Assembly (NCBI GenBank): GCA_016744705.1
Contig: JADGDU010000005.1
Location: 3,762 to 67,761 of the forward strand
DNA length: 64,000 nt
Direction of reading: 5' to 3'
From: Candidatus Krumholzibacteriia bacterium
Lineage (GTDB): Bacteria; Krumholzibacteriota; Krumholzibacteriia; LZORAL124-64-63
Both the position numbers and the translations under genes were made by a program. The stretch's first letter is position 1. Each line of letters starts with the position of its first letter. Of the stretch, positions 19,479-27,697 are shown in pieces. The notes beneath the pieces are model-generated. The model had not been told where the DNA came from. It did no database searches and worked only from the letters and a program-made list of their open reading frames with translations.

Positions 19479-20657
19479 GTGTTGCGAATCAAGCTTAATA
19501 CTGGTGTATCCACTCTGTTCGTCCTGTTGCTCTTTATGGGATGTTTGGTGCCCATGGGATCTGCCCAGGCTGTTTGCCAGCCCGGTCAAATGAGTGAAGC
19601 CAATCTGGCTTATCAATCGGCTGCCCAATTCCTCTCCGCCCAGCAGTGGGATCAGGCCATCAGCCGTCTGAATTCCATCGTCAAGGTGTGTCCTGAGCAT
19701 GTGGACGCCACCCGTGGCCTGGGAACGGCCTTTGCCGGAAAAGCTGATTACGCCCAGGCTATTGGCTGGTTTAATAAAGTCGTGGCCCTGCGTGGGGACG
19801 AAGTCCAGGCTGGTGATTTTGCCAACTTGGGAAAATCTTACGCCAAACTAAAAAAATACAAAGAGGCTCGGGCAGAGTATATGAAAGCTCAGAATCTGGA
19901 GCCTGATGATTGTGGTGTGCTTTTCAACCTCGGTGTGATGCATTACGCGTCCAAGTACAACACCCAGTCCGTTGAAGTGCTGCAGCATGCTCTGGAAGTT
20001 TGCCCTCAGTACCGGGATAACATTCTCAAACAACTGAGCGTATCGGCCACCGCGGCAGCCAAACAACAAACCCAAAATGGTAATAACGAAAAGGCTGCAT
20101 ATTACACCAATCTGATGAACCAGTATGGTGGCCAAGCCGGTGGAGCCACCACCTACGACATGGTCAAAAAGAAGATGGCCTCCAAAAAATACAACGAAGC
20201 TGTTGTGCTGTTGAATCAGATGCTGGCCAAAAATCCCAACCAACCGGGCGCTGCGCTGACTTGGGCCCGGGCCTACGATGGAGCTGGTGATAAGGCCGGC
20301 AGCATTGGCGCCTATGAGAAGTATTTCCAACTCAAGCCTAATGATGTCAAAACTTATGGCACCTATGTTCAGGTTTTGGTTGAAGCAGGACAGTGCAGCA
20401 ATGCCGCAGCAAAAGCGGCTGCCGGTAGCAAGGGCTTTGCTTCCCAGGGCCGCAGCGCCTTGGCTGGCGTGCACTACTCATGGGGTTTGGCACTGGAATG
20501 TCAGGAAGATTTTGCTGGGGCCAAGGTTCAATTTCAGAAGGCCGCGTCCAGTGGCAACAGCAAATATTCGGGCCCTGCAAAAACCCAGGTTGCCCGCATG
20601 GACGACTTCATGAAGATGAACGATGCCCAGCGGAAGAAAGCCGCTCAAAACAAGTGA
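19479..20657 (+). CDS. Exported tetratricopeptide-repeat protein
   Basis: GGAGG RBS, signal peptide, repeated TPR-like helices (LGTAFAG..YAQAI, NLGKSY..YKEA, FNLGVMHY). Confidence 0.85.
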   Translation: MLRIKLNTGVSTLFVLLLFMGCLVPMGSAQAVCQPGQMSEANLAYQSAAQFLSAQQWDQAISRLNSIVKVCPEHVDATRGLGTAFAGKADYAQAIGWFNKVVALRGDEVQAGDFANLGKSYAKLKKYKEARAEYMKAQNLEPDDCGVLFNLGVMHYASKYNTQSVEVLQHALEVCPQYRDNILKQLSVSATAAAKQQTQNGNNEKAAYYTNLMNQYGGQAGGATTYDMVKKKMASKKYNEAVVLLNQMLAKNPNQPGAALTWARAYDGAGDKAGSIGAYEKYFQLKPNDVKTYGTYVQVLVEAGQCSNAAAKAAAGSKGFASQGRSALAGVHYSWGLALECQEDFAGAKVQFQKAASSGNSKYSGPAKTQVARMDDFMKMNDAQRKKAAQNK

Positions 20658-20701
20658 TCATCTAACTTCTAGATGATCCTTCTTTGATGTGTCATATTAT
20701 G

Positions 20702-20736
20702 CCCGCGGATCCTTGCTGGATCTGCGGGTTTTTTTT
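20702..20736 (+). terminator. Intrinsic terminator
   Basis: CCCGCGGATCC-ttgct-GGATCTGCGGG followed by T8. Confidence 0.85.
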
Positions 20737-20756
20737 GAACAGGCGAAAATCGCCCA

Positions 20757-21926
20757 GTGAAAGGTATTGCCTTGGGACGTTTAGATAAATTGCCACCATA
20801 TTTGTTCTCCGCCATCGATCAGGCCAAGGCCGCAGCTCTGGCCAAAGGGGTCGATGTGGTGGATTTGGGTATTGGAGATCCGGACCGCCCAACACCCGCC
20901 TCCCTGGTGGAAGTCATGGCTGCTGCTGTGGCCGATCCCGCTTTTCATCGGTACCCGGCCCAGCGCGGCACACCTCGCCTGCGTCAGGCTATCGCCGCTT
21001 GGTTAAAGAGGCGGCATCACACTGTAGTGGACCCCAATACCCAGGTTTTGGTTCTCATTGGCAGCAAGGAAGGCCTTGGCCATTTGCCCACCACCTGCGT
21101 GGAAGAGGGCGATAATGTTCTCGTACCGGATTTGGGTTATCCCGTGTATGGCCAGGCTACATTGTTAGCCGGTGGCGAGCCCAGAGTTTTCTCTCTGGCT
21201 GCGGAGCGGGGTTTTCTGCCGGATTTTGCGGAACTGGAAAAATTGGCTGATGAAAAAACGCGAATGATTTTTCTCAACTATCCCAACAACCCCACCGGGG
21301 CTGTGGCGGATGAAGAGTTTTGGAAGCGGATGATTGCCTTTACGACCAAGCATAACATTCGCCTGGTTAATGACGCCGCCTACCTGGAAGTGGTGCCTGG
21401 TGGAGAGGCGGCCTTGAGCCTGCTGCAGGTTGCCAGCCCCAGCAAAGATCGGGTCATCGAATTGCACAGTCTTTCCAAGATGTTCAATATGACGGGCTGG
21501 CGCATTGCCTTTGCCGTGGGGCATCCTGAATTGGTGGGCGATCTGGGCCGTGTCAAAGAAAGCATGGACAGTGGTGTCTTCAATGCAGTCCAAGAAACAG
21601 CAACCTACGCTTTGGGAGAGGCTTTTGAGGGATTGCTGGCCGAGGTGATGGATGTATACCCTAAGCGCCGCCAGGTGATCAATGCTGCTTTGGCCAAAAT
21701 GGGAGTTGAGGTTTTCCCTTCGCCGGCCACCTTCTATGTTTGGGCCAAAGTTCCCACAGAAGAATCATCCATTGAATTTTGTGGAAGGGCCCTGGAAGAA
21801 ATTGGCACCGTCATCACGCCGGGGCTGGGTTTTGGCACCGGGGGCGATGGTTGGTTCCGTATCAGTCTGACGGCAAGTGATGAATCAATCGCCGAAGGGG
21901 CACGCCGCTTGGAGGGTTGGAAATGA
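20757..21926 (+). CDS. dapL: Class I/II PLP aminotransferase, probable LL-diaminopimelate aminotransferase
   Basis: LPPYLF, DLGIGDPD, LIGSKEG, NYPNNPTG, DAAY, SLSKMFNMTGWR. Confidence 0.75.
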   Translation: MKGIALGRLDKLPPYLFSAIDQAKAAALAKGVDVVDLGIGDPDRPTPASLVEVMAAAVADPAFHRYPAQRGTPRLRQAIAAWLKRRHHTVVDPNTQVLVLIGSKEGLGHLPTTCVEEGDNVLVPDLGYPVYGQATLLAGGEPRVFSLAAERGFLPDFAELEKLADEKTRMIFLNYPNNPTGAVADEEFWKRMIAFTTKHNIRLVNDAAYLEVVPGGEAALSLLQVASPSKDRVIELHSLSKMFNMTGWRIAFAVGHPELVGDLGRVKESMDSGVFNAVQETATYALGEAFEGLLAEVMDVYPKRRQVINAALAKMGVEVFPSPATFYVWAKVPTEESSIEFCGRALEEIGTVITPGLGFGTGGDGWFRISLTASDESIAEGARRLEGWK

Positions 21927-22297
21927 ATGATTGCATCGATTTGCGGGGGATACAAATTTATGCCTATCACGGAGTTCTGGATGCTGAAAAAAAGCTGGGC
22001 CAGCGCTTTGTTGTGGATGTCACTCTTTTTGGTGATTTTTCCCAGGCAGCCCGCACCGATGACTTGAAATATGCCATGGATTATTCCCAGGTTCACACCC
22101 TGGTTTGTGATGCCATGACCCAGAAAAACTTTGATTTGATTGAAGCTGCTGCGGGCCATTTGTGCACTGTGTTGCTGGACAAAACCATGGCTGAAAAGGT
22201 GGAAGTGGTTGTGGAAAAAACCACACCACCCATTCCCGGTTTCACAGGGCAGGCCCTGGTGAGACTGGTGAGGGATCGGCAATGGCTGAAGAGTTGA
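21923..22297 (+). CDS. folB: Dihydroneopterin aldolase
   Basis: YAYHGV..AEKKLGQRFVVD, DYSQV, FDLIE; ATGA overlap with the upstream gene. Confidence 0.93.
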   Translation: MNDCIDLRGIQIYAYHGVLDAEKKLGQRFVVDVTLFGDFSQAARTDDLKYAMDYSQVHTLVCDAMTQKNFDLIEAAAGHLCTVLLDKTMAEKVEVVVEKTTPPIPGFTGQALVRLVRDRQWLKS

Positions 22298-22836
22298 GAG
22301 TCCATAACATTTGGTTGGGATTGGGCAGCAATCAGGGGGACAGGCTGGCTCATCTGACCCGTGCGGTTACCTTTATCAGTCAGCATCCGCACATGCGGCT
22401 GGTGGGTTGCAGCGGTGTGTATGAAACAGACTACGTGGGGCCTGGACAGCAGGATCCCTACCTCAATGCTTGCCTGGAGGTTCATTCAGCCATGAGTCTT
22501 CTGGCCATGCTGGATGAGTTCCAGTCTCTGGAGAAGGATCTGGGCAGAGCTGCTGACGGGCACATGAAACCCCGACCTCTGGATGTGGATTTTCTTTTGG
22601 TGGATGAATTGGAAATGGTTCACGAGCGGTTGGTGGTGCCTCATCCTCGGCTTTCGGAACGTCTTTTTGTTTTGGAACCCCTGAACGAGTTGGCTCCAGG
22701 GAAAAAAATCCCAAATTCAGGGAAGACAGTGGCTGAGTTATGTGCGAAAATAAGGCGTAAAGACGGGCCGGCGGTGCTGCTGCGTCCCGATCTTATCTTG
22801 GTATCGGTGAAATCTGGCAGGAATTTGGAGGAATGA
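22282..22836 (+). CDS. folK: 2-amino-4-hydroxy-6-hydroxymethyldihydropteridine diphosphokinase
   Basis: LGLGSNQGDR, YLNAC, PRPLDVD, PHPRLSERLFVLEPL. Confidence 0.95.
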   Translation: MAEELRVHNIWLGLGSNQGDRLAHLTRAVTFISQHPHMRLVGCSGVYETDYVGPGQQDPYLNACLEVHSAMSLLAMLDEFQSLEKDLGRAADGHMKPRPLDVDFLLVDELEMVHERLVVPHPRLSERLFVLEPLNELAPGKKIPNSGKTVAELCAKIRRKDGPAVLLRPDLILVSVKSGRNLEE

Positions 22837-22837
22837 A

Positions 22838-23485
22838 GTGCTTCCCTGGCGATACATTGTGGTTGAAGGTGTCATTGGAGTGGGTAAAACCAGCCTGAGC
22901 AAACTTTTGTCCACCCGGACTGAAGGCCGCTTGAATCTGGAAGTGGTGGAAGAGAATCCTTTTCTTTCCAACTTCTATCTGGACCGGTCCACTTTTGCTT
23001 TTCAAACCCAAATTTTCTTTCTCCTGAGCCGTTTTCGCCAGCAACAGGAGTTATTTCAGAACGAGTTGTTCAGCAATACCCTGATCTCCGATTACCTCTT
23101 TGCCAAAGACAGAATTTTTGCCAATTTGAATCTCGGTGATGACGAATTGGCCCTGTATAACCAACTGGCCACCATCCTCGAACAGAGGGTGCGTAAACCT
23201 GATCTGGTCATCTATCTGCAGGCCCGAACAGATGTCTTGCTGCAACGCATCAACTGGCGTGGTCGCAGCTATGAGCAGAACATGGATGCCTCTTATTTAG
23301 ATGCGCTCAATGGCGCTTACAGTTATTTTTTCCATCACTACAAAGATGCGCCATTGCTGGTGGTCAACACTGACAATTTAGACTTTGTGAATGTGCCCCA
23401 GGATTTTGATCTCTTGTTTGACCAAATCCGTGAAGAATTCACCGGCACCCACTACTTTGCACCGGATTCCCGCGGCGGGTTATAA
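22838..23485 (+). CDS. Deoxynucleoside kinase
   Basis: VEGVIGVGKTSL, ENPFL, QIFFLLSR, PDLVIYL. Confidence 0.93.
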   Translation: MLPWRYIVVEGVIGVGKTSLSKLLSTRTEGRLNLEVVEENPFLSNFYLDRSTFAFQTQIFFLLSRFRQQQELFQNELFSNTLISDYLFAKDRIFANLNLGDDELALYNQLATILEQRVRKPDLVIYLQARTDVLLQRINWRGRSYEQNMDASYLDALNGAYSYFFHHYKDAPLLVVNTDNLDFVNVPQDFDLLFDQIREEFTGTHYFAPDSRGGL

Positions 23486-23520
23486 GAGCTCCGGTTTTCC
23501 AGGAATAGAAAGGCCCTCTT

Positions 23521-24414
23521 ATGCAGAGGTCAGACAAACCCCTGACACTTCGTGTCTTTGGCCGAAACAAACGACATGGCAAAAAGCTGGCCGTGGTGAC
23601 CGCCTATGACCTGACCAGTGCTCTGATTGTCTCCTCCGGTGGTGCCGATGCCATTCTGGTGGGAGATTCTCTGGGTATGGTTGTACTGGGCCATGAGAAT
23701 ACTTTGCCGGTGACCATGGAAGATATGCTTCATCATTGCAAGGCCGTGGTCCGGGCCAAACCCGATATTCCCGTCATTGCCGATCTGCCCTATGGCAGTT
23801 TCCACATCTCAGCTGAAGACACTGTTGGCAATGCTCTGCGCCTGGTTAAGGAAGCCGGAGTGAATGCCGTCAAAGTGGAAGGTGGCCGCCAGCGACTGGA
23901 AATTATTGAGGCGCTGGTCAAAGCAGAAATCCCGGTGATGGGACATCTGGGTTTGACTCCCCAGTCTGTCAATGCACTGGGGGGCTACCGTGTTCAGGGC
24001 CGGAGTAAAAAAGCGGCTGCCCGCATTATGGATGAAGCCAAGCTATTGGCCGATGCTGGATGTTTTGCCATTGTCCTGGAATGTGTTCCTTCTGAACTGG
24101 CTTCAGCCATCAGCGAATCTCTTTCCATTCCCACCATCGGCATCGGTGCTGGTCCTGGCTGCGATGGCCAAGTATTGGTTTTTCATGACATGCTGGGCCT
24201 CTTCGACAAGCTGAGCCCCAAATTTGTTAAGCAGTTTGCCAATTTGGGAGAACAGGCTTGCCAGGGTATTGCCCGTTATGTAGAAGAGGTGCGCCAGGGA
24301 GATTTCCCAAGCGCCGAACACAGTTATGATGCGGAGCCCCAGAGCCCGGACCGAAAATCTGAAATAGACTCAGGCAGTGGCTATTTGGCCGGCGTGGAAA
24401 ACGGGAAAGGCTAA
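23521..24414 (+). CDS. panB: 3-methyl-2-oxobutanoate hydroxymethyltransferase
   Basis: TAYD, LVGDSLGM, VKVEGG, GHLGLTPQS, IGIGAG. Confidence 0.97.
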   Translation: MQRSDKPLTLRVFGRNKRHGKKLAVVTAYDLTSALIVSSGGADAILVGDSLGMVVLGHENTLPVTMEDMLHHCKAVVRAKPDIPVIADLPYGSFHISAEDTVGNALRLVKEAGVNAVKVEGGRQRLEIIEALVKAEIPVMGHLGLTPQSVNALGGYRVQGRSKKAAARIMDEAKLLADAGCFAIVLECVPSELASAISESLSIPTIGIGAGPGCDGQVLVFHDMLGLFDKLSPKFVKQFANLGEQACQGIARYVEEVRQGDFPSAEHSYDAEPQSPDRKSEIDSGSGYLAGVENGKG

Positions 24415-24417
24415 CTC

Positions 24418-25302
24418 TTGGAATTGTGGCATACAAGGAACGATCTGAAGGCCATGGCGCCTTTGAAACAAGATGGTCCCTTGGTCTTGGTTCCGACCAT
24501 GGGAGCGCTTCACGAAGGCCATCTGGACCTGGTGAGGTTGGGCTCCCAATTAGGCCAAGTGGTGGTCACTGTATTTGTCAATCCCACCCAATTTGGACCC
24601 AACGAAGATTTTGGATCGTACCCGCGCACTTTGGAACGAGATCTGGAACTGCTTTCCCAGTTGCCTGTGGCCGGAGTTTTTTCCCCGGACACATCAGAGA
24701 TTTATGGGGCCGGTCTTGAAGTGACGGTTCAGCCCGGCCACCGTGGTCTGGGATTGTGCGGTGGCGATCGTCCCGGACATTTTGCCGGTGTCTTGACGGT
24801 GGTGGCTAAGCTTTTTGGCTTGATCCAACCCGACATTGCCATTTTTGGGCGCAAAGATGCCCAGCAGTGCCTGGTCATTGGTCAAATGGTGGAAGATCTC
24901 AAGATGCCCATCCAGCTGGTGGATGCGTCCACCCGACGCGAGCCCGATGGTTTGGCCATGTCTTCTCGGAATCGCTACCTCTCAGAAAGCCAACGACGCC
25001 AGGCTCTGTGTCTCTCGAAAGCGCTCCAAGCTGGGAAAGAAGCCATCGTTGATGGTTGCCGCAGCCGGTCCGAAATTCAAAACACCATGTTGGATCTGCT
25101 ACAGGAAGCTGACTTGGTGGAATACGCAGAAGTGCGCCAGGTGCCTGGTCTGGGTGATGATGAAATCATTTCCGGACGCACGCTGCTGGCTGTGGCCGCC
25201 AAAGTGGGGCCCGCCCGTTTGATTGATAATTTCGTTTTGGAAATCAACCCTGAAAATATGGTGACCGATAGCTATTTGCTGGGCACCGGGAGAGAATCAT
25301 GA
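24418..25302 (+). CDS. panC: Pantoate-beta-alanine ligase
   Basis: VPTMGALHEGH, FVNPTQF, RPGHF, FGRKDAQQ, GLAMSSRN, RLIDN. Confidence 0.97.
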   Translation: MELWHTRNDLKAMAPLKQDGPLVLVPTMGALHEGHLDLVRLGSQLGQVVVTVFVNPTQFGPNEDFGSYPRTLERDLELLSQLPVAGVFSPDTSEIYGAGLEVTVQPGHRGLGLCGGDRPGHFAGVLTVVAKLFGLIQPDIAIFGRKDAQQCLVIGQMVEDLKMPIQLVDASTRREPDGLAMSSRNRYLSESQRRQALCLSKALQAGKEAIVDGCRSRSEIQNTMLDLLQEADLVEYAEVRQVPGLGDDEIISGRTLLAVAAKVGPARLIDNFVLEINPENMVTDSYLLGTGRES

Positions 25303-26039
25303 GCAGGACTATCGATGCTGTTATTTTAGCGGCCGGCAAAGGCACCCGAATGAAATCAGACTTGCCCAAGGTGCTGCATGAATTGGAGGGACGCCCCCTT
25401 CTGGATCATGTGATGGATACCTCTGCAGCAGCGGGCATCGATCGGATGGTTGTTGTGGTGGGACATAAGTCTGCTCTGGTGGAAGAGACCTGCGGGCGAC
25501 CAGGAATTGAATTTGTTCTGCAGGAACCCCAGTTGGGCACCGGTCATGCTGTGCAAATGGCGGTGCCTGCTCTGCGCTCTGGTGGATACTGCGTCGTTCT
25601 GGCGGGTGATGTGCCTTTACTGCGAACCGAAACGTTGCAACGCCTGGTGGAAGGAACCATTTCTTCCGGGGCTTCTGCTGTGGTGCTGACTTGTGTGGTG
25701 GATGACGCGGCTGCTTATGGCCGGATCATCAAAGACGACCAGGGACAGGTTCTGAAAATTGTGGAAGCAGTTGATGCCACACCGGCCGAACTGGCCGTGG
25801 GGGAATACAACACTGGTGTTTTTTGTTTCAAAACTGAAAAGCTTATCGAAGCTTTGGGCAATTTGAAAACCGACAACAAACAGGGCGAGTATTATCTGAC
25901 CGATACGGTGGCCTGGCTGGTGGAGCAGGGACAACCTGTGGAAGCGGTCATCACCGAGGACCCCGATGAAGTCATCGGAATCAACACCGTGGACGAATTG
26001 GCTGGCGCCGCCACTCTGCTGGCCCGGCGCAACAGCTGA
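25299..26039 (+). CDS. GlmU-like N-terminal uridylyltransferase domain only
   Basis: LAAGKGTRMKSDLPKVLH, QLGTGHAV, NKQGEYYLTD; ends at 246 aa with no hexapeptide acetyltransferase domain. Confidence 0.88.
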   Translation: MSRTIDAVILAAGKGTRMKSDLPKVLHELEGRPLLDHVMDTSAAAGIDRMVVVVGHKSALVEETCGRPGIEFVLQEPQLGTGHAVQMAVPALRSGGYCVVLAGDVPLLRTETLQRLVEGTISSGASAVVLTCVVDDAAAYGRIIKDDQGQVLKIVEAVDATPAELAVGEYNTGVFCFKTEKLIEALGNLKTDNKQGEYYLTDTVAWLVEQGQPVEAVITEDPDEVIGINTVDELAGAATLLARRNS

Positions 26040-26058
26040 AAAAGGATGAGGTGATGGC

Positions 26059-26556
26059 ATGGACCGGCTCTGCACTCCCTGGAGGTTTGATTACGTGACT
26101 GGTAAGGACAAAGAAGAGGGATGCGTTTTCTGCAACCGTCTGGACTGTGATCCCAGGGAGCATTATGTGCTTCATCGGGGAAAATACTGGTATATGATGA
26201 TGAACCTCTATCCTTATAACAGTGGTCATCTCCTTTTGATCAGCAACCGCCACCAGCCTATGCTGGGCAATTGCACCAGCGAAGAGTTGGCTGAATTGGG
26301 CCCGCTCTTGAAAGTGATGGAAAAAACCCTCACTGAAGTTTTCCAACCAGACGGTATTAACAGTGGATATAATGGTGGTAAAAGTGCGGGGGCTGGCATT
26401 CCAGAACACCTTCACTTGCACATGTTGCCCCGCTGGGCTGGGGATACCAATTTCATGAGCACCATTGGCGAAACCAGAGTGATGCCTCAAACCCTGGACC
26501 AGAGTTATGAAAAACTTCTGCCAGTGGTGACGCGTTTGGCGGCAGAATTGAAATGA
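26059..26556 (+). CDS. HIT-family hydrolase (Ap4A phosphorylase-like)
   Basis: CVFC, NLYPYNSGHL, AGAGIPEHLHLHMLPRWAGDTNF. Confidence 0.92.
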   Translation: MDRLCTPWRFDYVTGKDKEEGCVFCNRLDCDPREHYVLHRGKYWYMMMNLYPYNSGHLLLISNRHQPMLGNCTSEELAELGPLLKVMEKTLTEVFQPDGINSGYNGGKSAGAGIPEHLHLHMLPRWAGDTNFMSTIGETRVMPQTLDQSYEKLLPVVTRLAAELK

Positions 26557-26999
26557 TGAGGTCGTTGAATTTTTGGCTCTTCATGATGGTTGTTGTGTGT
26601 GGCATTTCGTTGGTGTTTGCTTCCGGGGTCACGTTACCAAAAATGGGGGAGCTACCGAAGGCATCGGTGCCAGAGGTGCAGAATTGGCAGACCGACCCTC
26701 AAGAGCAACCCGTTCACTTGATGATTCTGAATGGAACGGAGCACAATGGATTGGCTCGGCAATTCAGCCTATTGACCTCAGGTCATGGTTGTGTGGTGGA
26801 GACCATTGGCAATGCACCAGGCATCTGGTCGAAAAGTCTTCTCGTCAATCGCCATCTGGACCACGACGCCGCCAAGGATCTGGCCCGAATGATGGGGCAG
26901 TTGCCCATGATAAAGCAATGGGATGAACGCCAGACTGAAGATGCCGTTTTGATTCTGGGTGAAGATTTTGCAAAAGTGAAGGCTGCTCTGGCTCCCTGA
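26553..26999 (+). CDS. LytR C-terminal domain membrane protein
   Basis: N-terminal TM; ILNGT..NGLA, IGNA, ILGEDF. Confidence 0.8.
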   Translation: MMRSLNFWLFMMVVVCGISLVFASGVTLPKMGELPKASVPEVQNWQTDPQEQPVHLMILNGTEHNGLARQFSLLTSGHGCVVETIGNAPGIWSKSLLVNRHLDHDAAKDLARMMGQLPMIKQWDERQTEDAVLILGEDFAKVKAALAP

Positions 27000-27134
27000 G
27001 GTCTTGCTGAACGGTCAAAGTTCCAGTTTGTTGGCATATTCTGAACAAAAGGTTGGTTCCGAGAGCGCTGGCTGGCTATAATACGAACAAGAATTAACCA
27101 GTTTGAAGACCGAATTCGGAAAGTTGCTTGATTC

Positions 27135-27398
27135 ATGAAAAAGTCCATGGGCACGGTGGTGCTCACGTTGGTTTTGGGAGTGTTGATCGGAGCCACGGTC
27201 AGCGAGGTCATTGGATTGTTCCTCAATGAGGGAACAGTCGCTGAGCAACTCTTTGTCCGGTATATTTCCTTTGGACCGGATGTTGTGCATTTGAATCTGG
27301 TGATTATCGACCTGACTTTCGGTTTCCAGATTCACTTCAACCTGATGAGCGTCATCGGTGTATTTGTGGCTTCGCAAATGCTCCGTTGGTATCGCTAA
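27135..27398 (+). CDS. Small membrane protein (DUF4321-like)
   Basis: Hydrophobic 87 aa with LNLVIIDLTFGFQIHFNLMSVIG; TATAAT upstream at 27077. Confidence 0.7.
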   Translation: MKKSMGTVVLTLVLGVLIGATVSEVIGLFLNEGTVAEQLFVRYISFGPDVVHLNLVIIDLTFGFQIHFNLMSVIGVFVASQMLRWYR

Positions 27399-27415
27399 GT
27401 ATTGTGGAGGTTTTC

Positions 27416-27646
27416 ATGAGTCCGTTCTTGGCTTTTGGTGTCGGCGGTTTCGGCTGGCAGGAAATGATTGTGCTGTTGGTTTTGGTCCTTATTTTTTTCG
27501 GACCCAAGCGGTTGCCTGAGTTGGCAGAAGCGTTGGGCAAATCCCTCAACAAATTCAAGTCTGCAACACGTGAAGCTTCTGATGAAGTCAAACGTGAACT
27601 CGATGATGTTAAACGGGATGTTGAGGAAGATCCTAACGGAAAGTGA
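27416..27646 (+). CDS. tatA: Twin-arginine translocase TatA/E subunit
   Basis: GGAGG RBS; GWQEMIVLLVLVLIFFGPKRLPELAEALGKSLNKFK. Confidence 0.93.
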   Translation: MSPFLAFGVGGFGWQEMIVLLVLVLIFFGPKRLPELAEALGKSLNKFKSATREASDEVKRELDDVKRDVEEDPNGK

Positions 27647-27697
27647 TGGCCCCGCTTTCCGGCAATTTGGCTTCAACCATGAGCCCGGGAGGCACTC

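Noticed and set aside
27000-27697. TTTCG-type repeat upstream of the MrfAB-like genes
   Set aside because: No 11-bp-periodic copy found, so there is no support here for LexA control.
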